Positions 33,901 through 40,918 of a stretch of 64,000 nucleotides of DNA are shown one piece after another. This DNA comes from a virus. Made by a program: the position numbers and the translations under genes. The number at the start of each line of letters is the position of its first letter. The first letter of the stretch is position 1. The notes below the pieces were generated by a model. The model made no database searches. It was given only the letters and a program-made list of their open reading frames with translations, and was not told where the DNA came from. The stretch is from positions 3,891-67,890 of IMG/VR virus record IMGVR_UViG_3300033143_000663; one strand, given 5' to 3'.

Positions 33901-33903
33901 TAG
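21988..33903 (+). CDS. Giant (3971 aa) multidomain baseplate wedge/structural protein (gp7-like position)
   Basis: Follows gp6. FLPEIFQT N-terminus and KPYHTK motif near the C-terminus. Contains FG-GAP-like repeats, CBM5/12-like W....Y..GD.V motifs and ITNPG.GY repeats. Confidence 0.75.
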   Translation: MARIRSVDFLPEIFQTQTNRKFLNSTLDQLIQEPKLKQTQGYIGRVNAPGKLATDGYIDEPTDRRTNYQLEPGVIFKDENGDIVDALTYMGLLDGLATKGANVENHDRLFSSETYSWSPFIEFDKFVNYSQYFWLPDGPDSVNVAASSVLLTNDFDITANANTFSIEGFNIENPVITVLRGGSYNFNVNQSGSPFYIQTHPGVEGTVPWASNISSREIVGVSNNGDDDGTIQFNVPVSDAQSFYHDLVDIGNVDLATDQRMDSIADQLLDDVSDIAGIQNIDNKTIIFLDDTPGDAVDLGWVNDGLPLTNQADRYQIFRIFLEDVLGDIYIRLIPHQSITIFERFTILYGDLYSNVSIFKDSDGYFEQVPLETASLDTLYYQDATNPNRFGVINVVDNESAATLDISSIVGRPTYTSPNGVTFTNGLKVQFRGEITPAEYSDNEYYVEGVGTSIRLVLIADLKVPETYATSFTTPWDIGPWDTDAVDGTLNAPTDLDYITINRSSLDKNAWSRSNRWFHIDVITATAEYNQTVVDLDNDNRASRPIIEFDADLRLFNYGTYGKQLIDIIDFVVTDALSDVNGSLGYIVDGYQLASGTRIIFANDSDPTVSDKIYTVELIDVNDNGIETLNLVLAEDSDSEENDIVTVLNGLTQQGTVFTYNGSQWVESQDKASVNQAPLFDIFDADGISFGDFSSYPSTTFAGTKLFSYAEGTGLNDAVLGFPLRYLNIDNLGDIVFENNLYTDTFLYVLDNVSNDNSPISDGFARKYYTRYEYTNEIGWIKSIEDSRQAQVFDAVYTGEPITLDIVPVTDLLIPSVRITANGTFVAPDEYTVTDNVITFLNTIPADAELQIKAISDDISETAYYEIPTNLSSNMFNENTSLLTLGTVRNHYNNLAQNIPEVQGIINGANNLRDLGDISKYGNFIIQQSSPVALAAMFMRFKEYNFFSSVTFASRQYEKFKNQIIDWVEKHDVFEMSPGEILDAAIKDINTSKNINSAFYWSDMLPSGSDYESTEYVVTAISTGTFTTLNTYDFLNANTQALLVYYNNTLLIKDIDYTVATDGPRITVLLDLVPDDVIIINEYSTTLGTTVPSTPTKLGLFPKYKPMIFTDDTYATPVDVVRGHDGSIVVAHGDIRDEVLLEFEKRVYNNIKVNDLIPIEPSDIIPGAFRETDYTDQEILEILSPSLLSWLGWNRIDYKKQDYNQAEEKTWNYSSSTDKLTNATITKGNWRGIYIDYYDTDAPHARPWEMVGLAERPVWWVLRYGPGPYTSGNLVLWDDMEAGLIKEPGNERVVEKYKRPGLTSILPVDGEGNLVMPLASVIAGYSAYDFRKSWKASDVAPAEAAWRKSSAWPFAMQTLYSLTKPAEYFAQMSDRDRYVYDTTSEQYLYDGRSRIDVRNIELLDENTVKHSYINWVIDYNKHFGYESLDKLKMDLSKLDVNLCHHMASFTDKNNLRIFTDKSSPDSTNNSLLLPDESYKLLLYKSQPLDEIIYSSIIVQKVSDGYAVTGNSFTDPYFKTQTSVDTGLFDNIKVGRDDNTSSSVRVPKDFKDTVEYIPYGHVFTSKQAVSEFIVSYNEYLIRAGLKFNLVDDSQLVNWTQMVQEFLYWADQGWAVGSIVNLNPAATELEFERELHIVDDLNNLELTEQPLNQNREPLDISDYVVDRIDNNFKIRMIDDNIISYLKFNLTSFEHLLILDNTSIFNDLIYDPVTSVRQDRVKLSGFTTFEWNGQLDAQGFLYNEDNVQSWVQVSTYNKGDIVKFKNSYWSASEKVQPSETFDYGQWVKTDYSSINKGLLPNLATKSDQMLDYYNNKTANLENDVDLMAFGLTGFRSRDYLRSLDLDDISQINIYSDMIENKGTVDSLNLFKNAELNNELVDYNIFENWAIKRASYGATSSRSYIELQLDEDVLTTNPSLVEIVDSLSDESLSDLLIPVADIYKQSEKNTNKNIFPIRHDTNLDTALPTAGAVNLDDVDLAVFDIADIDVATDIVEGNLIWVARDTETDWNVYRAIRLEPTVIDVNDNLDGTLTVVTDIPHNLNVGETIVINEFDELVDGTHKVLDISDSINIVIAGELAKNQTCILDGSGTLLHFSSARVGVPSDIAGSVFDNNIHTSETVWVGSEGHHPVTYKKTRPFALSNSKINPTNSTTEFGQSISQGYADAGLLVGDPANANGIVHLFNKVGASDYFWKLTLTLNGHPDVLRYGNDVALIESWGAIAAPGDATTPGLVAIVSRNKQLDLILETQILVSPSISAGAGDSFGSSIAMSRDENWILVGEPDNNKVHAYQKTEYEIQQVSHIADGATTVFKISDDIIVATADQVNVTIDGTLLPDGLLGDYTLVGDDIILDTLPDAGAEVIIVRKNWVTHDGDGTTGPFSAANLYARSVIDSIVVKINGVIQRPVVDYTFDGTDVTFTSVTPVGTDNIAISLATTFRFVNTIDDSIDGITLSASDQFGAEIDITENGSHIVITAPGTDTDTGNAYIVDRVVERHVISDANDLTYSSIRTPTGSAFNNTTQLSKSGFNAAPDYSIVGNDLTLLNAGTIKVGDFLDIDTTEFKLIQEVAAETPAVGATFGNAVTICKSKCSVYFGAENDLDGQGSVTRYINSSRMFGYITSTTQNPMILAGSSIRIDNIEIPLSATSIILSEDIVAGITYTIVTAGTTDFTLLGAEDSNPGTTFTSNGNIAAGTGTAQSSSTEIADAINAVTIPNVTASAKNGMVTIELINKQIQSLANKLDVLPGEIVSLADLGLESYYIGQTITSPTETTQAQNFGSSLHIDFNLNQLIVGAVNGDAITIATPVDQDTTFDSTVITMDNASNVYGSGIVYSYDLLNDGDVFTGGKLAFGQQIVDNNDIAAGDSFGTAVNLVDGLLVVSSTDHNSGIGRIVIFGNATNSLSWQVLSAQHDTVDVDLINSIYIYSTDTMNVSRYLDYIDPLSGKILGAANQNIDFTTVYDPAVYADTSVGLLWGSNQVGRIWWDVTAVRFMDYNIGDAKQASKLWGKVFNGSSIDVYQWIESTVPPAEYAGSGIVLDTTKFITISNINNAGTIKNTYYYWVNGVETISVNSEKTLSASAIASYIESPASSGISYAAIIAPNIIGLYNCKDIIQNNDTVLYVEYDKIKNDSNVFVEYDLFRENHPIDFLSDGLYKKLQDSFCGVDTLGNLVPDVGLSFADRFGIDFRPRKSMFVDKFAALTTYMKKVNTILSQHTIAESQPYTLLNSEEPTPTLASGEWDQSVSNNEELSFQDLATIPAGFTYLVESDDTSNGLWTTYEVTPEKTLQLKRVQSYDTKRFWNLEHWYAEGFDPLTKIDYVVNAFTELSTLNGIENNAIARVVNNSVGNWEIHRYIDGNWNRVGLENGTIQFEERLWDYSVGRYGWDVEVFDAQNLDEEPVIELRQIIKSINEELLIDDLSVERSKALMSVFNYILSEQPHVDWLYKTSLIDVTQRVRGLSQYAVYQKDNQDYLKDYIKESKPYHTKVKDFLLSYDGIDYIDGQVTDFDCPSVYSADFDQYISPILDDGATLITDPSNKLATDIVWQTEPWKQWFANYRLSVEDVVITNPGTGYTVAPTIVVTGSSLLPAVMTARVGEGGSIAEIVIEDPGSGYIDTPVITFEGGNGEDATALAVMNNKLVRTFNTGIKYDRYEYQTNIVTWEADTAYAADQLVKVNNAVYKIIDADPAATFNPALHELINIDSLSGIDRTAGFYVADVNSPGLDLSLLIKGIAYPGVEVDGVGFDQNTGFDLSPFDTTTFDNFDIGPEGFPTYSETLIDTIYESSFLATYLGTRPIDINVDGGEFIDTYHSHAPEELVPGAIFDTLDIKVFTDDGITFRLFKDMRDTVGMYKMNNSTTSLVQDLADTDDIIYVDDASVLGEPDLDIAKFGILMVNGERITYRERDLLNNTVSGLRRGTAGTGIAPLHVATDVVYDVSSESFVQWDYNRIWYAPGAGTASDGITLNDQTTSPALFIKS

Positions 33904-33934
33904 TGGTTTTTAAAGTAGGTAAATAATAGCTATT

Positions 33935-34063
33935 ATGAAGGATAACGAACAAGAAAACAAAGATAATAAGTCAGACGAAAGCGGTCAGATTTTAATCGAT
34001 GAACATATTAAGATATCAGATCCGGATTCCGGCGAAGTAATCGTAGATAAGAGAGAAACATAA
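33935..34063 (+). CDS. 42-aa small virion-associated protein (not in ORF track)
   Basis: MKDNEQ...ILIDEHIKISDPDSGEVIVDKRET*; TAATG overlap with the next gene; resembles that gene's N-terminus; GTAAATA upstream. Confidence 0.7.
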   Translation: MKDNEQENKDNKSDESGQILIDEHIKISDPDSGEVIVDKRET

Positions 34064-34665
34064 TGTTAAATGGTAATCTAAAAATAACAGGTCATATTAA
34101 AGTGTTTGATCCAATCACTGGAGAAGTGTTTGAAGATAAAACAAACGCAATTCATTATGAAAACTTTAGTGAATCACTAGCACAATCTCTAGCTAATAAA
34201 GACATAGGCCAGATTTATCAAATGTCATTTGGTAACGGTGGAACTAGTGTTAATCCAACAGGCGTTATTACATATTTGCCTGCTAACTCAACCGGCCAAA
34301 ACGCAGATCTATATAATGAAACATATTTAAAAGTAGTTGATGATAATTCAACTGCTAATACCGACACACTAAGAAACAACCTTGTAGTCTTGCACACAAG
34401 CGGCAAGGTTTATACTGATATTTTAGTCAGTTGTTTACTTGATTACGGTGAACCGAGCGGGCAACAAGCCTTTGATAATAGCACAGACCTAGACGGAGAT
34501 TTTGTATTCGACGAACTTGGATTAAAATCATGGTACGGTAGTGCAGAAGAATTGAAGCTTATCACACATGTGGTATTCCACCCAATCCAAAAGTCATTAA
34601 ACCGTCAGATACAAATAGATTATACAGTTCGCATCCAAACGCTGACGAACTTGTCAACAACCTAA
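34063..34665 (+). CDS. Baseplate/tail-fibre attachment protein
   Basis: FGNGG, FDELGL, THVVFHP.QKSLNR.I.I.Y motifs of fibre-base proteins; tail context. Confidence 0.6.
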   Translation: MLNGNLKITGHIKVFDPITGEVFEDKTNAIHYENFSESLAQSLANKDIGQIYQMSFGNGGTSVNPTGVITYLPANSTGQNADLYNETYLKVVDDNSTANTDTLRNNLVVLHTSGKVYTDILVSCLLDYGEPSGQQAFDNSTDLDGDFVFDELGLKSWYGSAEELKLITHVVFHPIQKSLNRQIQIDYTVRIQTLTNLSTT

Positions 34666-34685
34666 TGGAATAACCGGAGCACTCG

Positions 34686-36623
34686 ATGGCCTACATAATT
34701 AACAAAACAGACGGTTCTATTTTTGCAAATATAGCCGACGGAACACTTAATACTGATAGTAGTGTATCGCTCCCAGGTAGGAACTATACTGGTTACGGCG
34801 AACTCCACGCAGAAAATTTCATAAGATTACTAGAGAGTGGTTCAAATTTATCAGCCCCATCTAATCCACTTAGTGGCCAGTTGTGGTATGATAAAACTGT
34901 AGATACACTTAAAGTTTACAATGGCACAGCATTTCGGGTGTTGGGTGTTACAACATCTGGATCACCTCCATCAACTCTAATTGCAGGTGATCTATGGTTT
35001 GACACGCTCAACTCACAGTTAAATGTATACAACGGCACCGACTTTACATTAATTGGTCCAGATTATTCATCGCTTACTGGAGTGTCCGGCGCAATAGTTG
35101 AAACGGTATCGGACGGTGCTACAGATCACATTGTGACTAAACTTTATGTTGCGGGCGATTTAGTAGGAATCGTTAGCAAACAAGCTGAATTTACTCCGAA
35201 TCCGGTGGTACCAGGATTTACAACAATTAAACCAGGTATACAATTATCTACCTCTGTCAATGGACAGACACCAGTATTTGAAGGCACCTCCACCAATGCA
35301 GAACTACTCAATGGTGTTGATAATACCGCCTTTTTAAGCTCTAGTGCAAATGACACGACTACTGGTTCATTAGGTATTATTAACGATCTTGGATTAACAA
35401 TTGGCGCTGATAGCGATGGTCGATTTACCGTTAGTGGTGATAATGTTACACTTAGCAATGCCACCGTTGACGGTGACTTAATTATTCAAGTCAATGATGG
35501 CGGTGTTGATACCCCAGTTATTACATGTGACGGCGCAACAGCCCGCGCACAAGTTGACGCACCTCTAAGCGGATCTGATATTGTTAATAGAGATTACTTA
35601 GATTTAACATTATCTAGTACGTTAGTAAGTGATTTAACATTTGCTATTCCATCACCGGTTGCAGATTCAAAAGGTATTGTTTGGACTGGTAATACCGACT
35701 ATGCTAAGATCTTTGTTGAATCTTATGGCGGTCCGGACAGCTCTCGACTTGTTCTTGAAATAGGTGACAACGCCACCGATTATATTTCATTCAAATCAAA
35801 TGCTACAGAGATATTAAAAGTTGCTAGTACAGGCATAGACTGTATTACAAACGATATAACAAATGTTGGTCAGATCGATGTAGTTACAATAGTCCTACCA
35901 AACGCCGCAGCCATATCAGAGGATACAATAATACTGGATGGCACGACAATTAATGATCCTGTAACTATTAAAAATAATGATCTTATTAATATAAGATTAG
36001 AATCATTACTATCTCCTGCAAGTAAAGAGATTGGATTTGATGTCGGCGGCACTGGCGAAGCTGGCAAGTTTATAGATGGCGACGGCGATGGAAATCGTCT
36101 AGACATGTTAGGTAACAAAATAACAAACGTTGCAGACCCAGTCGACCTTCAGGATGCAGCAACACAACAATATGTGTTGGGTGTTGCTACTATATCAGCA
36201 CCAACTGGAACTATTGTGCCCTTTGCGGGTAGTGTAGCGCCGACGGGTTGGTTGGTTTGTAACGGAGTATCACTTCCGAAAGCAGGCCTATACAATCCCC
36301 TGTTCCTTGTAATAGGTATTACATACGGTGATGCTGGTAGTGCATATAATATTCCAGATCTGCGGGGCAACTTTGTTCGTGGGTTTGATGATGGTGCCGG
36401 AGTTGATTATGCGCGAGTATTTGGTTCACTCCAACTAGATGAATTTAAAAGTCACTCACATTTAAACTACAGACTGGGATGGAATGAGAATGCTGACAAT
36501 GGTGGAAGCCAAGGAAATTACTTAAAGCATAATTACGGCACTCAAGATTCTCCAACATCGGACACTGGCGGTGATGAAACTCGCCCGCGTAACGTTGCCA
36601 TGCACTACATAATTAAATATTAA
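34686..36623 (+). CDS. Tail fibre protein with C-terminal tail-collar domain
   Basis: GQLWYD/GDLWFD repeats; PTGTIVPFAG..AP.GWL.CNG...PDLRG.F.RG.D; ETRPRNVAMHYIIKY. Confidence 0.85.
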   Translation: MAYIINKTDGSIFANIADGTLNTDSSVSLPGRNYTGYGELHAENFIRLLESGSNLSAPSNPLSGQLWYDKTVDTLKVYNGTAFRVLGVTTSGSPPSTLIAGDLWFDTLNSQLNVYNGTDFTLIGPDYSSLTGVSGAIVETVSDGATDHIVTKLYVAGDLVGIVSKQAEFTPNPVVPGFTTIKPGIQLSTSVNGQTPVFEGTSTNAELLNGVDNTAFLSSSANDTTTGSLGIINDLGLTIGADSDGRFTVSGDNVTLSNATVDGDLIIQVNDGGVDTPVITCDGATARAQVDAPLSGSDIVNRDYLDLTLSSTLVSDLTFAIPSPVADSKGIVWTGNTDYAKIFVESYGGPDSSRLVLEIGDNATDYISFKSNATEILKVASTGIDCITNDITNVGQIDVVTIVLPNAAAISEDTIILDGTTINDPVTIKNNDLINIRLESLLSPASKEIGFDVGGTGEAGKFIDGDGDGNRLDMLGNKITNVADPVDLQDAATQQYVLGVATISAPTGTIVPFAGSVAPTGWLVCNGVSLPKAGLYNPLFLVIGITYGDAGSAYNIPDLRGNFVRGFDDGAGVDYARVFGSLQLDEFKSHSHLNYRLGWNENADNGGSQGNYLKHNYGTQDSPTSDTGGDETRPRNVAMHYIIKY

Positions 36624-38256
36624 AGGAAGGATATTATGTTAATATATCACTATACACGAGATTATCTTATATTCTTAGGATCGGAAGAAGGAACCGACTC
36701 CCCACTTGAACCAGGAGTAACGTTAGTTCCATCATATGCGACACTAATTGTTCCGCCTGCTATTAATGCAAATGAGGCAGCGGTTTTTGACGAAGACACA
36801 GATACCTGGAGTGTACAGCCAAATTTTATAGGACAGGTAGGTTACGATAAGGTAACTAGAGACCGAGTAGTTATAACAGACCTCGGTGTTTTTCCTTCTA
36901 ATGTAACATTAGAGGTTCCTCAAACAGAACTTGATGAATGGAATGCCACAAGTTCTTTATGGGAAACTTCTTTAGTAGAATCCCAGAAGGATAGTAAATT
37001 TAAAATAGATGGCACGGCAGAAGCTGCCCGTTTGCGATACATCACCAGAGGCGCAGGCCAAGCAATGATATACCAAGAAAAAGCATCACAGTCTGAAGCT
37101 TTTATACTAGCTGGATATCCAGCTGATCTTACTGGTTATTCATTGATTCAAGCAGAGGTAAACGCAACAGGAAAAACTGCAACTCAAGCCGCAGACGATA
37201 TTATCGTTCAGCGTGATAGTTGGCTCACGCTAGGAGCACAAATTGAAGAGATACGACTAGCTGGAAAAATAGCTGTAGACGCCGCGGTTGATGTAGCGGG
37301 TGTCACGTCAACTCAGAATAATACAATGGCATTACTTGATGCTATTTAAAGTGATAAATAACGGTAACAACGGAGCATTTGATGGCTTATATAATTAACA
37401 AAACAGACGGTTCTATTTTTGCAACCGTAACCGACGGAACAATCAATACTGACAGTAGTATTACTTTAGTTGGTAAAAACTACGCAGGGTACGGCGAATT
37501 CTTAGGTGAAAACTTTTTAAGAATGCTAGAGAGTGGTGCGAATCCAACTGCACCAACTAACCCATTAAACGGTCAGTTATGGTATGATTCGGCTGTAGGC
37601 TTACTTAAAGTTTACAATGGAACAACATTTAAAAACCTAGGTTCAGCTGCCGCGCAAGCATCAGCACCAACGTCGAACATAACAGGCGATTTATGGTTTG
37701 ATACACTTAACTCACAGTTAAACGCATATGATGGTAGTGCCTTTATATTAATCGGACCAGCATTTACAGCAGGCACAGGAACATCGGGTTCAATTGTTGA
37801 AACTATAACAGATAGTCTTGCAGTTGATCACGTTGTAATTAAACTTTTTGTAAATGATGAAACTGTAGCTATTGTTAGCAAGGATGCAACATTTACACCA
37901 GCTACACCAATAACAGGATTTGCATCAACTATCAGCCCTGGCATACAGTTAGCTGAGACGATAGCAGGACAGGAACCTAAGTTTGTAGGCGATGCCACAA
38001 ACGCACAATTACTTGAAGAAATTCCAGCATCCGGCTTTTTACGTGCTACTGAAAATGACACTACTACTGGTTCGTTAGGTATTATTAACAATACTGGATT
38101 AACAGTAGGTGCAAACGGCGATGCAAAAATTACAGTCGCTGGCGATGATGTTACACTTAGCAATATTACACTTGATGGAGATTTAATTATTCAAGTCAAT
38201 GATGGCGGTGTTGATACACCAGTTATTACATGTGACGGCGCATCAGCCCGCGCACA
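35478..38256 (+). repeat. 74-bp near-identical direct repeat shared by the two fibre genes (35478-35551 and 38183-38256)
   Basis: 72/74 identity by manual alignment; the first ~43 nt of both genes are also nearly identical. Confidence 0.85.
36636..37349 (+). CDS. Tail fibre assembly chaperone
   Basis: IYHY...SPLEPG..LVP..AT...PP N-terminus (Tfa-like); directly follows the fibre gene. Confidence 0.7.
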   Translation: MLIYHYTRDYLIFLGSEEGTDSPLEPGVTLVPSYATLIVPPAINANEAAVFDEDTDTWSVQPNFIGQVGYDKVTRDRVVITDLGVFPSNVTLEVPQTELDEWNATSSLWETSLVESQKDSKFKIDGTAEAARLRYITRGAGQAMIYQEKASQSEAFILAGYPADLTGYSLIQAEVNATGKTATQAADDIIVQRDSWLTLGAQIEEIRLAGKIAVDAAVDVAGVTSTQNNTMALLDAI

Positions 38257-38833
38257 GGTAGCAACACCATTGGTATCTTCAGACATTGCAAACAAAGATT
38301 ATGTTGATTCAATAACAAACGGAACGACAGATGTGACAGGCGTTATTAATCCAGCAGCAGACGCAACAACCGATTTTGGAACAGCACTAAAACGTTTTGA
38401 TACTGTACATGCTGTTACATTTAGTGGACAAGCAACCACAGCTCAGTACGCCGATTTGGCAGAACGCTTCCATGCAGATGCACAATACGCACCTGGTACA
38501 GTAGTATGTTTAGGTGGTGCAGAAGAAATTACAAAAGCGGCAAGCGATTTGTCAGATGATGTATTTGGCGTCATAAGTACTAACGCTGCATTTTTAATGA
38601 ATGCAGATGCAGGTGATAACGAAACACACCCAGCAGTTGCAATGAGCGGAAGGGTACCAGTTCGAGTAATTGGTAAAATTATTAGAGGTGAAAGACTAGT
38701 TTCAGCAGGCAATGGCCTGGCTAGGGCAGCATTACCGTCTGAGATGACTTCATTTAATGTAATTGGTAGAGCATTAGAAGATAAAACAACAGAAACAGAA
38801 GGCGTTATTGAAGCTTTCGTAACTGTAAACTAA
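37382..38833 (+). CDS. Tail fibre/spike protein paralogous to 34686, with chaperone-like C-terminus
   Basis: N-terminal ~310 aa homologous to the 34686 product. C-terminal YADLAE...GVIST..A..MN...VA..GRVPVRV resembles intramolecular chaperone domains. GATAAATA promoter at 37353. Confidence 0.75.
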   Translation: MAYIINKTDGSIFATVTDGTINTDSSITLVGKNYAGYGEFLGENFLRMLESGANPTAPTNPLNGQLWYDSAVGLLKVYNGTTFKNLGSAAAQASAPTSNITGDLWFDTLNSQLNAYDGSAFILIGPAFTAGTGTSGSIVETITDSLAVDHVVIKLFVNDETVAIVSKDATFTPATPITGFASTISPGIQLAETIAGQEPKFVGDATNAQLLEEIPASGFLRATENDTTTGSLGIINNTGLTVGANGDAKITVAGDDVTLSNITLDGDLIIQVNDGGVDTPVITCDGASARAQVATPLVSSDIANKDYVDSITNGTTDVTGVINPAADATTDFGTALKRFDTVHAVTFSGQATTAQYADLAERFHADAQYAPGTVVCLGGAEEITKAASDLSDDVFGVISTNAAFLMNADAGDNETHPAVAMSGRVPVRVIGKIIRGERLVSAGNGLARAALPSEMTSFNVIGRALEDKTTETEGVIEAFVTVN

Positions 38834-38859
38834 AATTATAAAAATAGGAACTTAATTTC

Positions 38860-40332
38860 ATGGCTTATACGATAGGCGACACCATCTTAGATGACGAATA
38901 TAATCTTTTTGCGACAGGTAATGGCGACGGAACATTTAATAATACAAACAACAACGTTAACACAGTAGGCGGCCCGGGAGCAAATGACAGGGGTTATGGA
39001 CAATCTATATTGTCAGCTGTAACTGCCGGAACAACAATTTCTGCAACACAGTGGGCAACACTGCTTAACACCATTACAAATTATAAAAATCATCAGGGTT
39101 CAACTATTACTGCAATAACTAATCCAGTTGCCACTGATCCTATTGCAGTGCTATCAGCACTAGCAGGCAACATTTCTACTATTACAACAAACAGAGCAGA
39201 CGCCGCAGCAAGTGGTACAGCCATTACAGCAGGTGGCGCAGTAAGTAGAACATCACAATGGAACAATTTAGTTTCGATGCCTATGACAGTTACATTTGCA
39301 AGTGCAGCGCATTTACGTTACTTCTTTAATGCAGGCGGGAGGTTAACCATTGCATTTTCACGTAGTGGCGGAACAAGTAACTCGAAGAATACAGGTTGGA
39401 CAGCATTGTGTACCGCATGTGGAACAATTAATGTTACTGGAATCGGCGCATCTAAAACTATCGCCGCAGTAGCATACACAGGCACTACAAAGATTGGCGG
39501 CAGTGGTTCAACTAGTGTACTACTAACAGGAACAGGCGCACACGATTATACAGGTGCATTAACTGAAGTGTTCAAACAATTTGATTCAACAGCCAATTAT
39601 ACTTCAAACTCTATTTCAGTAAGAGGAAAAGTTAATACAGCAGTAATTACGTTAACTGTAGAATTTCAAGATGATTCTAATACTGATTTAGATGAATATG
39701 TTGATGGAACATTAACAACAACGGTTACAGCAGTGCCACCGAGCACTACGTACCTTTCTAATTCATGGGGTACACCGACACTAGGTGGATCAGAATCAGC
39801 AACGATAAATCCAACGGTTGTAGCAGGCGTATTTGTTACCGGCGTTACTTATACTATTGTTACAGCAGGTACAACAGACTTTACATTAATTGGTGCAGCA
39901 GATAGCAGTCCAGGTACACACTTTGTAGCAACAGGCGCAGGCTCAGGCACAGGTACCGCAGTTCCAACAGCAGAATTAGTACGTGACGCAATCGACTTAA
40001 ATGTTGGAATAACGTATGAGGTTGTTACAGTTGGTACATCCGACTTTACATTAGTTGGTGCATCATCAAACGCAGTCGGTCAGACGTTTACACCAACTGG
40101 CAATTTACAAAACGCTGGCTCCTTTGCAATTGGTAGAGAATACGTAGTCTTCAGCGACGGTACTACTGATTATTCATTAATTGGTGGATCAGCTGTGCCA
40201 TCCGGTGGCGCGTTAGTTGCTGGTCATACATGGGTCGGCTCGTACTTTGTCGCTACTGGTCTTGGATCGGGCACAGGCCAAGCAACAGAAACAGGTTCAA
40301 TAGCTGGTACAGGTACTGCAAAAGTAGTCTAA
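38860..40332 (+). CDS. Thr/Gly-rich virion structural protein with three C-terminal repeat modules
   Basis: GYGQ and RYFFNAGG motifs; three G..Y.(I/V)...GT.D(F/Y).L.G modules. Confidence 0.65.
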   Translation: MAYTIGDTILDDEYNLFATGNGDGTFNNTNNNVNTVGGPGANDRGYGQSILSAVTAGTTISATQWATLLNTITNYKNHQGSTITAITNPVATDPIAVLSALAGNISTITTNRADAAASGTAITAGGAVSRTSQWNNLVSMPMTVTFASAAHLRYFFNAGGRLTIAFSRSGGTSNSKNTGWTALCTACGTINVTGIGASKTIAAVAYTGTTKIGGSGSTSVLLTGTGAHDYTGALTEVFKQFDSTANYTSNSISVRGKVNTAVITLTVEFQDDSNTDLDEYVDGTLTTTVTAVPPSTTYLSNSWGTPTLGGSESATINPTVVAGVFVTGVTYTIVTAGTTDFTLIGAADSSPGTHFVATGAGSGTGTAVPTAELVRDAIDLNVGITYEVVTVGTSDFTLVGASSNAVGQTFTPTGNLQNAGSFAIGREYVVFSDGTTDYSLIGGSAVPSGGALVAGHTWVGSYFVATGLGSGTGQATETGSIAGTGTAKVV

Positions 40333-40356
40333 GTTTAATATTCGGTAAACTATTCT

Positions 40357-40385
40357 TTTACTTCATGACATAATTCTGTTATACT
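40357..40385 (+). promoter_or_regulatory. Sigma70-type promoter at the head of the modification island
   Basis: TTTACT, 17-bp spacer, TGn-extended TATACT; GAGG RBS before ATG 40407. Confidence 0.55.
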
Positions 40386-40406
40386 ATCAGGTATAGAGGT
40401 TATGTC

Positions 40407-40718
40407 ATGAACAATCCCAAAACACAAATAAAGCATCATTTCGATCATGATGCTGCCAAGCAAATTCTTAAAGAAAAGTACGAAGCCAAAATGCTCTTTG
40501 CAGCATTTGACGGCTTATGGAAAGCTGGCCCTGAATTACTAACAACTTTGTATATTTGGGACGGCAAACCAACAAGTACCACTATTGTATTAATAGACGA
40601 GTACGGAAATCCTTGTAAGGTAAATGTGTTTGAACTTTTCGATCTAGCTAACGAACGTTGGCAAGAACAAATGAATGCTTGGCATCAAGAATTTGAAGTG
40701 TTGCAAACTAAACGATAA
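40407..40718 (+). CDS. Hypothetical protein
   Basis: ORF with RBS; TAATG coupling to the next gene. Confidence 0.7.
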   Translation: MNNPKTQIKHHFDHDAAKQILKEKYEAKMLFAAFDGLWKAGPELLTTLYIWDGKPTSTTIVLIDEYGNPCKVNVFELFDLANERWQEQMNAWHQEFEVLQTKR

Positions 40719-40918
40719 TGGCATTAGGTCCTAGAGCATGTTTGGAATGTCGGGTGCTGGCGATATTTGATCGCATTGTATCATATGGCACCTCTTGCTG
40801 GCACTGTCCTATATGTAAATCAAGAACAAAAGATCATATTTTACCCACTGCGGAAATAGCTAAAGAGTTTAAGGATAATTTAAAATTTTATAAATTTGTA
40901 GAAGGTAACGATGAATAA
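40718..40918 (+). CDS. Small Zn-ribbon protein
   Basis: CLEC...CPIC; overlaps both neighbours. Confidence 0.6.
   Translation: MALGPRACLECRVLAIFDRIVSYGTSCWHCPICKSRTKDHILPTAEIAKEFKDNLKFYKFVEGNDE

Larger units (their letters stand above)
29950..39887 (+). repeat. 41-bp perfect direct repeat (29950-29990 and 39847-39887) encoding TYTIVTAGTTDFT
   Basis: acttatactattgttacagcaggtacaacagactttacatt occurs in both the 3971-aa and the 490-aa genes. Confidence 0.85.

Noticed and set aside
34686-38833. Invertase-driven tail-fibre shufflon
   Set aside because: The repeats are direct rather than inverted, both genes are complete, and no site-specific recombinase is present.
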